Origin: Felis catus
Lineage: Eukaryota
Length of the DNA stretch: 64,000 bases
Assembly: GCF_018350175.1 (NCBI RefSeq)
Contig: NC_058368.1
Coordinates: forward strand, 54,438,001-54,502,000
Direction: 5' to 3'
Shown here: in pieces, positions 51,701-64,000 of the stretch
Layout of the letters: the number at the start of each line of letters is the position of its first letter
How positions within the stretch are numbered: position 1 is the first letter of the stretch
Notes under the pieces: generated by a model
Database searches by the model: none
The model's input: only the letters and a program-made list of their open reading frames with translations
What the model was told of the DNA's origin: nothing
Position numbers and translations under genes: made by a program

Positions 51701-52249
51701 AAATATCAAAGGAATTGCAGAACTGAGGAAAGAAGATCTAGGACAGGGTTGGCAGAGTACATTTAAAATAGGTTTGTCACAGGTGTTCAGTTCAGCCACT
51801 AAATCTCTCCTGCCCCTGACTCACACTCTACTCTCATTTTAGAAACTCGAATTTCTAGTAGTTTTTTAAGACAAGAATGTCTTGGCTACCAATTTACTGC
51901 AGTAAATACTCAAGGGCATCAAGAGGTAAACGTAACTATTATAAACAAGGTGGAAGAAACTCATTGTTTTTTGTTGTTGTTGTTTTGTTTTGTTGGGTTT
52001 TTCTTTCTTTCTTTCTTTTTTTTTTTTTGTTTTTGTTTTTGTTTACTTTGAACATGTGAGGTCACATTAGAAAGCACTTCCAAGCTTGAGGTAGAGATCT
52101 TCGCTCCTGCCCCTAGGTTACAATGTTCTAACCTAACCTATATGTAAATGTTACTATCAAGAAAACTGGGAGAGAGGAATCACCCCCTTCCTGTTCTCAA
52201 TTTATTATTTACTCCTTCGTTTTGAAATACTCAGAAGCACAGGTATATT

Positions 52250-52479
52250 TCTTTTTTAAAAAAAAAATTTTTAATGTTAATACTTATTTTTGAGACAGAG
52301 AGAGACAGAGCATGAATGGGGGAGGGGCAGATAGAGAGGGAGACACAGAATCTGAAGCAGGCTCCAGGCTCTGAGCTGTTAGCATAGAGCCTGACATAGG
52401 GCTCCAACTTATCAACCGCGAATTCATGACCTGAGAGCTCAAGTCGGACATTCAACCAACTGAGCCACCCAGGTGCCCC
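52250..52479 (-). mobile_element. Carnivore SINE
   Basis: TSD agca(c/t)aggtatatt at 52236-52249 and 52480-52493. Confidence 0.96.
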
Positions 52480-52659
52480 AGCATAGGTATATTGCATATG
52501 ACAATGAATTAAGAGAGGAGGAGGTGGTAGAAGGTGGGAAACAAGTCTGGTTTTTCTTATAGTATTATAGTATTAAGGCTTTCTTTTCCCCAATAAGTCA
52601 TATCGATTCATTTTTAAAGAAGTAACCACTGAAGTCAACTGATATGTTAGAATTCAAGA

Positions 52660-52730
52660 CTATATATATATATATTATATATATATAATATAAATATATA
52701 ATATATATAGTTATATAAAATATATAAATG
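52660..52730. repeat. TA-rich low-complexity tract
   Basis: Degenerate (TA)n. Confidence 0.85.
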
Positions 52731-55183
52731 TAAAAAAATTATTTTTAAGTGTTTAAAATAGTATAAATACTATGTGCATTCAAAGTTTCAATGTTTGGTC
52801 ACAATATGAAGAATCAGAATGGTCACATCCAAAAATCAAACATTTTGAAATAATTTTGAAGACATTTGATTACTTACAAAAAAAGTCCAATAAAATTTCA
52901 ACCCCTCCTTTTTCTCTGTTAGAAAATAGAGGAATTAGTTGATGTGCTGAAAGGAAACTAGATGTAGTACAACTTACATAGATGTCCTTGTAGATTACAT
53001 TGTTCTTATTTTCTTATTGGTTTAAAATGAACTCCGACTATTGGTAGGCATTGTCTATAATTCCCCTCCCCCTAATTGTTGACAGGTCATCATACTGACA
53101 CTTGTAGAAACCTGCTGTGTTCATTGTTTTTGGCAATGTAGCACAAATCACAAAACACAAAGGGTTTTTACAATCCTGAGATAGTGTTGTACTTAAATTC
53201 AGTACATTTCACTTACAAATTTTTTAAGTATATTTTTTTCATAATTTGTACTTGCATAATTTTGAAACTTACCAATACTTGGCAATTGCACTTGCATTTG
53301 TTAAAACTGCCCCACCCCCATGCATACCTAACCAAGACTGAACAAATATTCCAAGTGTCTTCATAGCTGGTCATTGGGGACATTCCAATTGGAAAACAAA
53401 ACTTCAGATGCTATTTCCTTTACCTAAGCTAATTGCATACAAATGTTCCTTTTGTCAGAAAGGAAAGAAAAACAAAACAAAACAAAACATTAAGCCCAGT
53501 GGAAAAGCTCTTTCTGTGTTTGGTGCTAGTTTCTGGCAGCCAAGGTAGTCCAAAGATCTCACTTTTCCTCTCGGTTGTTCTCAGTCAGGACTGCCTATGC
53601 GTAATTATTTTACTACTAATTCAACCTCAATTATTGAATTTATCTTGAGGATATCAAGTAACTAGAATTTATTTTGGGTGCTAGGAATCATAATGCTGTT
53701 CATCATTGCAATTCCCATGGCTGCTGGCTACGAGAAAATAAGCACGGCAGCCCCAGGGACTCAAATCGCTAGCCTGACAGGCTTCCAGAAGAACAATAAG
53801 ATGCAAAAAGTCAGAGGGAGAAAAATGCTCAGTTTACTAATAGAACTGCCCACACAGAAAAGAAGCCTCTCTGAAAAAGTTGATTTGAGCCCTTAAGCCG
53901 CACAAGGGAAAAGACTCAGAGCCCACTAAAGAAAGGAAGCCCAATAAATACAAAGAACAAGCTGCTTTATTCTTTATTTCATACTTGCATTACCAAGTGC
54001 CTATTCTGAGCTTGTTTTCTGTTTGAAAGGCCTTGAGGGTTAGGGAACTATTCACCACTGTATTAATTGGTAAAGTTAAATCACTTGCCCGCTGCATTTG
54101 CTATAACACCCACATTCTCAGCAAAGCCATTGGCCACCTGTACTCAGCATGTTCTCACACATGGTCATTAACTCTGAAAACTAATGCAAGCCAAACAAAG
54201 CCTGAGGAATAAATGGGTTGCCATAAGAAAACAATTAAAAAGTCACCTGTTGTGAAAAGACATATTTAATCAAACCTGGGCAAAGAGACCACCCAAGATT
54301 AAACAGAAGTTTTTCTACAAGTCTGGTATTTACAATACAGGTGCATTTTTGTCAATGAGTGATTGTGATGAACTGTATTCAGTTGATATATGTGAGCACT
54401 AAGAATAAAAGTTCCTGATATAATAAATATCCAATTAGTTTGTACTTCATTTATCAATATTAAGGATCTATTTTTTTTCTTAAAGGATCAAAAGTAAATT
54501 ATGTTTTACACAAATTTTATCATTAATGATACTGTAAAATGTCTGCAATTGTTGATTAGACTAGTCCTTGTATTCATCAAGATTTGTGTTACAAATTATA
54601 TTAAAATGTAAATCTGAGTTCTTTCTCCATTTAGAAACAAGTGATCAGGGTGAAAATACCTTTACACTATTTCAAACATTTCTTTCCTTAGGATAAATTC
54701 TTTCAAACATAGTCTTTTAGATTTCCAATAATAAACATTTGTTAAACATTTAAAAACAATTAAAGTTATTCCGTCATAGTTAAATTTTCTGTCACAAAAT
54801 TTTACATTTCTAAAATTAATGGAGGAAAGCACTTACAACATTGTTTTATAACAAAGAGTAAGTCCATACTAGAAGATATGATTTGTATTGAAGGTCTTGG
54901 GAAGAAAATAATCAGACACTTTCATTCAGACATGAACACATGTATTAAAAATCAGGATGTAAAAAAAAACCCCAAAAAACAACAAAAAAACCCAGAATGT
55001 GTATGTGTTGCTAAACAGTTAATTTAATGATATTAAGGAAAATATTAAGTTATGATATTAAGTCAAATATTGCCCTCACTGTTAGCTAATTTCCTTCTTA
55101 AAAATGGCAAGAGCAAAATTATATGGTGGAAACAGTAAATCATTATTGGCCCTATTCTAATAATTTTATTACAAATCATTCTT

Positions 55184-55408
55184 TTTTTTTTTTTAATTTT
55201 TTTTTCAACGTTTATTTATTTTTGGGACAGAGAGAGACAGAGCATGAACGGGCGAGGGGCAGAGAGAGAGGGAGACACAGAATCGGAAACAGGCTCCAGG
55301 CTCTGAGCCATCAGCCCAGAGCCCGACGCGGGGCTCGAACTCCCGGACCGCGAGATCGTGACCTGGCTGAAGTCGGACGCTTAACCGACTGCGCCACCCA
55401 GGCGCCCC
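55184..55408 (-). mobile_element. Young SINEC_Fc
   Basis: CpG-intact; perfect TSD tattacaaatcattctt at 55167-55183 and 55410-55426. Confidence 0.98.
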
Positions 55409-55559
55409 ATATTACAAATCATTCTTAATACCATTTACTTTGCACAGATTTTATGCAGAACTTGAGTGCTTTGTCTAAAATTACAGAAAAGCAACAGAAA
55501 AAATTTGGACTTGAGTTCCGTATCTTTAAAATGCGAACAAATTTTTGCTTTGTGTAAAC

Positions 55560-55790
55560 ACTGTAGTATGCGAAGTGGTTACAAACATAGAAGGTCTGGT
55601 CAAAATTTGCCATTTACAAGCTGTGAGACCCAAGCAACTTTCTTAAACTCTCTGTGCTACACTTTGCTCATCTGTAAAATGGTAATAATATTAACACCTA
55701 CCTGATAAAAATGTGAGATTAAATTATCTAACATATGTCAAGTGCTCTAGTATCTGCCAAGTGCTACTTGTTAGTAATTGATGATGTTGC
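55560..55790 (+). mobile_element. MIR
   Basis: ctgtgagacccaagcaactttcttaaactctctgtgc...ctcatctgtaaaatgg...gtgagattaaat. Confidence 0.85.
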
Positions 55791-56129
55791 TGGTGTTTCA
55801 GATTTCATGAGTTTCTGAGGATTCAGAAGATAAAACATAAAAAACCTCATACTTTCTAAAGCATTTCTTTCTCTAATTCATGATATTATCAGTACTAAAA
55901 ATATGTTTTCATGCTTTGGAATTTGAATCAGCCTTTCAAAGGCAAAGATTAGTCATAAACATACTTAATGAATTAGAGCAATTAATTCACTACAAATGAG
56001 ATTGCAAGAGGTGGCAAATGTTTGTTTTAGAGTATCTGAGAAACACAAGTATATATCCACAGAGTGATGTTCACTACTTCTACATCTTTATAGAGTTTTC
56101 ATAGGGCACTCAATGTCTTTCTGTTTTTC

Positions 56130-56960
56130 TCCTCTACTTTAACTACACGACATACAGTGATATACCATAGATATTCCACAGAGCTTAAGCTCAGTATGTC
56201 TAAAACTGCCCTTAATAAACTTACGTTTTTAAAGTTTATTTCCTCTCTGGCTTATACTACATTTAACTTCTCAAAATTATCTTCAACAATTACTATTGAC
56301 TATGTTTTATCTGCCAGGGTTTCATTCTTCACATTTACTTCATCACATGTTCCTATGTATTCTCCCTCCTAAACTGCTCTTGGATACTTTTTATTATTTC
56401 CTTCCTGATGCCTTGGTTCAGGCCCTTATCATTCTTTGTACTGAACTCTTATTATAGCTTTCTACTTGTTCTCTTAAACCTTGGTCTAGTTCTCTTAAGT
56501 CTGTCCTCCACACTGTCAGTATCATCTCTCTAACATGCAAACTTGCCATAAATCACCAAAGTATAAGGGGCTTTGTGTGACCTCATCTTGGCTTACTCCC
56601 CTTCCAGATCCCCCTACTTCCCTTCCCTTCTTCCCTCCATAAAAAACTCTAGTCATTCTTGGGAAGTGCCCATATCCTTCTGTGGCTTCAAGCTTTTGCA
56701 TTGTTCCCTCTGCCTGGCATATTCTTCCTTTCATTAAACAATGGATTCTACTCATCTTTCCTGAACCATATTAATATCATCTCCTTTACAAATTCTCCCT
56801 TGACACCCCAGAATAGACTGTTCCTTCTTCCTCTGTCCCAACATAGTATCATATCCTCACTTCTATTCTAGGATGTATCACAATCTACCGAAACTGTTTG
56901 TTTTATTTTTCCACCATTAAACTGTAAGATGCATTAAGTTGGGTTTTTGTCTATTTTTTA
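56130..56960 (+). mobile_element. L2 fragment (terminal piece resumes at about 57310-57375)
   Basis: ccttggttcaggcccttatcat; ttgcattgttccctctgcctgg; ctactcatctttc; aataaatatccactgaatgaataaat at about 57350. Confidence 0.85.
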
Positions 56961-58435
56961 ATATTATTTTTCCTTTAAGGTTATACAATTTTAATTTCTC
57001 TGGAAAGGACATTTTAAAAAATTCTACCATTTATTATAACTATTATGTTATGAAATGAAGACTGTTTTGACACCAAAAGTTGGAAAAACATACCCTTAGT
57101 AAAATATATATATCTTACATTTGTAATAATATGTACAAATATTTGATTGTTGTTTGTTTGATTGTTTTTGTGAACATGAGAAACACTTATCATGGACAAG
57201 TACACATTCAGGAACTTGCTACTGGGAAACATTGATTAAATACACTAGTTTTAACTCAGGTTCAAGAATAATTGAAAGGGAATTCAAGAACTTACCTGTG
57301 TGTGGGATATTGTGTGCTTAGCATAGAGCCAGGGGATTGAATACCCTTAATAAATATCCACTGAATGAATAAATATGTTAAGAATGAAGAGTTAGTTAAT
57401 TCTAGTAGTTCGTGGGAGGATACGTCTCTACATCAAGATCAAGTTACAGGTGATTATTTTCAACCCTATCTTTTGCTTCCTCTCTTGTCTTCCCCTTTGA
57501 TTTGCTTTCCTTACTCTACTTCATGTTTTTCCTCCTTTTTTCCTTATATTTAATGAAGTTTTAAATTGAAAAATTATTTTTAACCTAAAATATTTACTGT
57601 CTAATATTGCAGAATTTTTGCCTTCTGTTCACTGTGTACCACATTAGCAGAGACATTGTTTCATATCTGTTCATGAATGATGTTATTGTTTTTGTCTCTT
57701 GTCATAAAAGATTTTTACTCTTGTGATACCTTTATACATGTATATGGTATACATGTATATGGCTACATATTTATTATTTAATGGTTCTAAGAAAAGAACA
57801 GGTAGCAATTTCTGACTTCCAAGAGAGGAAGGGAAAAACACTTGAACCTTAGAGATCAGCTATCATTCTTATCCTGCTTTGGAATGCCTAGATTCCAGTC
57901 TGAGTTATAACAAAGAGCAAAGAGAGTTGTTTGATCTCTTCTTGTTCAAGATTATTCATCCCTAAATAGGGGAAAATAGAGTTCCTTTTAATCTTTCTCA
58001 AGGATAAGTTATTGAGCAAATGCATATTTTGGACTTCTCAGAAGAATCAACAATAAGGGTGATAATAAGAATACTGATGATAATAGTATTATCATAAAAT
58101 ATTGAGGTATTTCATCAATATACTGTTTAACTAAAACCCACGCATAGTTCAAAGAATCATTTTACACTGTTATACTATTATCTGGTTATTATCAGTTGTG
58201 AATAGTTCCAAACAACAGCCTCACTGAATAAGGAATTTAATCCGGATCAGTTGTGGGCTTCCTCAAAAATGCCTTTTCAATGAAGGGATCTATTTTAAGT
58301 TCTTAGTGTCTTCTTTGGAGGGTTTTCTACCACGACTTTGTCTTGAATTATGTTTTTAAGGCACTCAGAGTCTACCAAATAATTCAAAGAAAAGTTGAAA
58401 AAGAATGCGGTTGTCCTGTTTCTCGTTCGGCTCAG

Positions 58436-58615
58436 AGAAAACGCAGAGGCATCGGGAGCAGCACTAGAGACCACCAGCGAAGAAAAGCTGTCTCGTGAAA
58501 CAGCAGGAAAGAGAGCTCTAGGAAGGACAAGAGGGACCCCAAATAGAGGTCTGGAACATGAAAGGGTGTGTGTCTGGAGGGCGAAAGGCAGGATGACTAG
58601 GAACTCCTGGAACTG
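58436..58615 (+). other. Candidate 180-nt exon
   Basis: ttgtcctgtttctcgttcggctcAG| ... CTG|GTAAGT; open in phase 2; locally CpG-rich. Confidence 0.25.
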
Positions 58616-59669
58616 GTAAGTAAACTGTCATGGTGACATAAAATGAGAAAGCACTCCAGATCCAAAGTGAACCGAACACAGAAATGTCCAAAGGAAATGC
58701 AACTCACATTTAGAATATTCCTCAACTGCCCTCAACTAAACATCTATAAAATGTTTTTTCGGTGAATGTTAAAAGTCATTAGACACCAATATTCCCTTTA
58801 AGTAACATTTTCATGAACATTCAGGGGTAGCAAAACAAAATAAATGCATTAATTTCATATTTCCATTGGTGACTTGTGGCTCACATGCGCCATTAGGCAA
58901 AACCCCTGCCTCTTCTTCTTTCTATTGCCTTTCACCATGACACTCATTTTGTGATGGGCGACCCCATCACTTATTTTATGAAGCTCCGTCCAGCTGCTTC
59001 TGGTTCTATTTATATACCCAATAGATTCCTGTCCCACATATTTTCATGTATGTCCGGGACTTGTTTTATCATCCTCACTGAATTTCAAGATGTTATTAGA
59101 TGAAGTGGCTTCATATGACCATTTCCTTGAAAATATACTGCATCTTTTCCTTTGTGTAGTGTGTGGTCATTTAAGTGTTCCTGATACTTCCGGGCTTTTT
59201 AAAATGTAGTGCCATATTCTGAGGAGCTTGCTTTCAGATATGGTAGGAACAACTTTTCTGTAGGTAAGTCTTCTCATTGCTTTGTCCTTAAAATACTCTT
59301 CTCGAAACACACATGTATTTATATCCATGTTTTACCACTTTCTCGTGTATTTGAAAGCAAACATTTATGAATTCTTTCAATAATAATCCACACCTTGTCC
59401 TTCCCATATAGCCTCCTTGGCCATCGCATCTAACAATAATATCTGTCTCCCTTCACTGTACTACTCTGGGAAATGTCCTGTATTATTCAGTAATAAGATC
59501 CCTTAATTGTATATAAAGGGAGAAGCTTCAGCGCAGAGAAGCAAGTTTCTAGGCTCGGAGCCATTAAATGAGATGATGTGTACAAAGTTATTAGTGTAAA
59601 GTTAGTACTCTGAAAGTTAGGTATGATTATAGGTATGGTGGTAAATACTTAATGGATCCATTTATGATA

Positions 59670-59790
59670 TTTTTATCTCCCTAAGTAGACTCTATGTCCC
59701 TTTAAAGCACTTATTGAATTTTTACCTCTTGTGTAGCATTTGCAGCTTAGCAAAGTGGACAAAGTATTTGTTAATTGTTTGATTAATGGC
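59670..59790 (+). mobile_element. L2 3' terminal fragment
   Basis: tctccctaagtagactct...aaagtatttgttaattgtttgattaatg. Confidence 0.5.
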
Positions 59791-62700
59791 AGGAAGGCAG
59801 AAGACAGGGGAAAGAATTAGAGGAACTAAAAAGAACCAAACAAATCCTATCAAGGCATAAAGTCTATAAGATTCAGATGGTTGCAAATTGAATTGAGTGG
59901 GAGATGGAGGCTATTGGGAAAAGTTTCCCAGAGATAATATTCTAAAAGCTGTAAGATCTGTTATTTTGACAGTTTCTGGCCCAAATCACAGTTTTTGCAA
60001 AATTAAAAATGTAAACATTACTTAGTCCCAAGACTGTGAAGCTCTGATCTTTTATATCCTTTATATTCTTCTATTAGTCCATTACATGCAAAAGGATGCA
60101 CAATTATAATACAAAAGATAAAGTAAAGGCACAGAATTCATTAAGAGAAAACAATGTAAGTGGAAACTGCAATGCACAGTTATAGCCAAAAAAAAAAAGT
60201 CTACAAAATAGATTCCAGGAACATTACAATAAAATGTTAGACAAAGTGGGAACCAGGAAGGGAAATGAGTTTTAACAGAAAGAAAAGAAGTTTACAACCT
60301 CCTGTGGCTCAAGGGAGAAAAAGCTCACCCACATTGCTCCCTTTAAGAGTTTTTCCAGGTTTAACTAGCTGTGTGGAGGTTCCCATATGGCTATTAAAGA
60401 ATTATATTATCAAATAGAAAAATAATAAGTATATTAAAAACAGTATATAATCATGCTATTAGAAGGGAAGGGCCATGTCATGAGCGCATTATGTTTAAGA
60501 GTTTAGAAGAGTAGGTACTCAATAAACGCTCCTCTCAGCTAGGCTTTGAGAGCTTAGTTTCTAAATCCAATATATAACTAAATAAATAATGCAGCCTTGA
60601 TAACCCTCAAAATAGAAAGTAATGGTCCATTAAGAGAACACATTAAGGAGTCTTACTGACTCTTGCATGGACCCTCAAGTGCCCATTATTAGCCAAATGC
60701 TCCCATCAATTGTATTACCCACATGAAAAAGTGTTCTTAAATACACCTTCAAGCCATAAATTCCCATTCTTAGTCAGCTAGCTAGTGACCAATGTTTCTA
60801 ATTTGAAATTTTATAATTTAATGTTATAATTTTTGCTTTAAAGTTGCATTTTTAAGTGGTATGGCTCATTTTTAGAAAGCAGTAACAGTCAAAAATTTTT
60901 TTAAAAGTAGACATAGTATCCAACAGAAAGGTTCTTAGCTGTGCCTCTGCTCTCATTCATGCTGTCACTATGAAAGGGATAAATCAGTAAGCTTCTTTTT
61001 CAATGACACTGTAATCATATACAGATCAGCATGCCAAGAGAAATCATTCAAGTCATTTTCTACCAAATGGCAACAGTACAAAATGAACTAGAAGGTTCAC
61101 TTGTACATTGTATCAGGATGTTATTTCTGCTTTCTGAATGGAGAATTCATTTTATACAGACCTGGAAGACATGCTAATTAATCCAAATGCATTGCATTGG
61201 TTTTCAATTAGATTGGTCCCCAGGCTCCCTATGTTACATTGTTTTCAACTTCTGGCCATTTAAGCTGGGAAGGTCCGGTTTCAGGCACATCTCCGAAGTT
61301 AGTTCAAACTGTTCACTTAATTGTCATCCTACCTTGAAACTCAAAGCTCCTCTTACTGCTCTGGTTCATGAATTCAGACTCTGATAATTTCCTCAACCTC
61401 CAGCCTAGAACCCTTTGCAAAATTGTTCCTCCTCAGCTCTTTCTGATTAAATTTTAGCTGTATCTTTTATCTTCTTTCTCTGAGTTTATTGCATGTCAGA
61501 TATCTTTTTTTCACTTTTCTTTTTGGTATCACTTTCTTCCTACTCCCCTCAAAACTAGCTTTTTTTTAATCATCTGGATTCTTTCCTTTAGTCATAGATT
61601 CTCTTTATCCCCACCCACCACCACTTTTGGGGCCTTCTCTGATGTGGACTAACGGTTTCTATTCTTACAGCTCCAGTCAGACAGCTTCTGGCAGGCTTCT
61701 ACATTAGCATTCCCCAACCTCATTTTCTACCAGTAGATAAATGATGGCTTTTTTGTCTGTGGAAAGGAGGTAAATGTAATACACATTTAATTTGAGAAGG
61801 GTTTAGTCATCACATAAGTCATTATTCAGATAGAGCTGCTCAGCAATTTATACATCTGGAAATGAATTAAGTATGTGTCATGTGGAATCTATTTGACACA
61901 AATTTTAATCTCTAAAACATTTGTGAGGAGGAAGTTGACGATATCCTTTCTTTTAGTGGAAAGGGCAAGGTTAAGTGAAGGCTGTATTAAAGGGATGGAG
62001 AAAAGTATCTGAAAGAAATATCCAGGGAAGGAGGAAGAAGGAAAAATGAAAAAGGAGAGAAAGTAAAGGAGAATGGAAGGAAATAAAGGAGAGGAGAGGG
62101 AAATGGAAATAGCATTAACTTCACTGGTAGCATTGTTAGAGTAAAATATTTGTGGTTTAGTTTGCATGCCAAATGAACTGAAATCCTTATTCGATAGCTG
62201 CAGAACTGGAGAAGAGCTTGGATGGAAGGCCCAGAAGATGCATCTTGCTCCCCCTCCTTTCTGGAATCCATATTTTGACAGTGGCTTCCCAGGTACAGCT
62301 TTCCTCCCTTTATTTATGTTCCCCAGGACTACTGCCAATATTAACTCATTCTCTTAACTCAGAACTCTTTCTTTTCAACCACAGAGGAAGAGGGCATATC
62401 TACATTTATACTAAAAACAAAAAACAGAGAAAAATATTTAGCCACTAATATATAATAAAAAGATATTTTATTGTCATTGAAAAAAATATTGAATTTAACT
62501 AGTTTAAGCTAGTTTATTAATTAAAGCATTAATAAAAGGTTATGGTTTTATTTCAGTCTTGTTCTCAGAAGGCAAACAGTAAAATATGACTCTCAAAAGG
62601 AAAATACTTAGGTAAAAATAGCCCACTTGCATTATGAACTATTATGCAGACACAAAAAGAATAATTGATCTGATTTATGACTATTTCCATGATTTAATAA

Positions 62701-62985
62701 TAAGTGAGGAAAGAAAATAAAGAAAAGGTTCACAGTTAGTATCATTTTTATAAATCAGTGACAAAACCTCCCTCATATGTATATGTGTATATATATTTTC
62801 TTATATATTCTTATGTAATGTTACGTATGTATAGATAAAAATAGATAATGATATCTACCAAGTTGTTAATACAGATTTCATGGATAGGGGTGGGTGAGAG
62901 ATGTGAATGGAAAAGGATAGGAGAAAAAGACTAAGAACCAAGTTGGCAATTGAGTGGAGGTGGTAACTGGACAAAAAAAAAAGTG

Positions 62986-62990
62986 TGTAT

Positions 62991-63055
<65 letters not shown>

Positions 63056-63130
63056 AATATACATATACATATACTGTATATATAATAAGTGCTTAATTAC
63101 ACTAATATATATATATAATTGTATATACAT
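62986..63130. repeat. (TACATA)n hexamer repeat and TA-rich tract
   Basis: atatacatatacatatac...; produces the MYMYMY pseudo-ORF. Confidence 0.95.
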
Positions 63131-63739
63131 GAATTCATATGTGTCTATGCACATGTTTTTCAAAAACAACTGGAAAGAAGAGGACTTAGCCTTTTCTCCA
63201 TCCCATCTAACATTCACTAAAACCACATGCATGCATTAAGAGTTGTACAAACGGATGTGCAGAGATGCCTTCCTATAATTCATCTCATCTCCTCTCTCTA
63301 CAACTTACACAGTGGGATGTAAACTTACACTTTAGTTGCAAACCTCCAAGGGCCAGAAATGTCAGAACTCTACAATGGCAATTCAAACTTGTGAGAAATG
63401 CTACAGTAATCACACCACAGGCTTGGTGAAAATAGTAACCCCTGAATGCAAAAATGAGATTAGCAACAGAAAAAGGAAACCAAAGAAAGAAATGTATACC
63501 AGGTTAAGAGTCAAAACTATTTTTGCTGTTTTCAAAAGCCTATGGTAACCATTAACATGGTGATAATTTTGTAAATGAGTGTTTGCTATTTGTTCTTTCA
63601 GCTTTTAATTTTCTTTAGGTTCTCTTCTCTTGTTTTGATGAAAATATGTATATTTCTCTCTTGTATATTATTTTGAAACTGAAATTTTGTTTTTATCTGA
63701 TTGATATGTGCCCAGTTCTAATATATAAAAAATTCAGTA

Positions 63740-64000
63740 ACCCTTAGCATGAACAATAGCGGTCCCTTGCCTTGCCTCTCCATATCATGATTCCAGCCCC
63801 CCTGAAGCCCATTATGTTATTTTAGCTATTTCTTTTAGGATTTACCTCTATACATCTAAATGATATATTAAAATGTCTACATTCTGGATGTTTGGTTGAC
63901 ACATAATCCACTGCATTCCTCTTATGGAAGTTTTATGTTTAGCTCACTTTTGCCTTATATCCCGCCCCCCCCCCCCGAATGTATAACCCAATACCAATTC
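63740..64000 (-). mobile_element. Probable ancient L1ME-type fragment
   Basis: ttttagctatttcttttaggatttacctctatacatctaaat...ttcctcttatggaag...tttagctc. Confidence 0.5.

Noticed and set aside
57288..57300. Consensus minus-strand donor (cttacctg)
   Set aside because: The adjacent sequence is an L2 3' remnant and no convincing partner acceptor was found
62855..63232. 125-aa ORF containing MYMYMY
   Set aside because: It is the translation of a (TACATA)n microsatellite
1..64000. Endogenous virus coding sequence, numt or processed pseudogene
   Set aside because: No gag/pol/env, mitochondrial or cellular protein motif was recognised in any frame; highly decayed copies cannot be excluded without a search

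Overview
This is mammalian, AT-rich, gene-poor DNA, almost certainly felid: it carries 22 tRNA-derived carnivore SINEs, several matching the young SINEC_Fc type. No known protein-coding gene, RNA gene or CRISPR array is recognisable. The ORF-track hits are L1 ORF1/ORF2 remnants, SINE read-through or chance ORFs. From about 12.3 to 51.7 kb there is a nested L1 graveyard, in which three younger carnivore L1s each sit inside an older L1, plus L2, MIR, MLT1/ERVL LTR and MER5A fossils. The most interesting items are mechanistic: an L1 whose target-site duplication (TSD) encloses about 290 bp of foreign upstream DNA (5' transduction) and whose 5'UTR is short; a 5'-intact, ORF1-only, tail-less L1 bounded by a TSD; two SINEs inserted successively at the same nick site; and templated inverted micro-insertions. 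Three + strand candidate exons and some enhancer-like unique segments are speculative. I found no convincing new biological system. Repeat subfamily names are from memory of consensus sequences, not a database search, and boundaries of old repeats are approximate.
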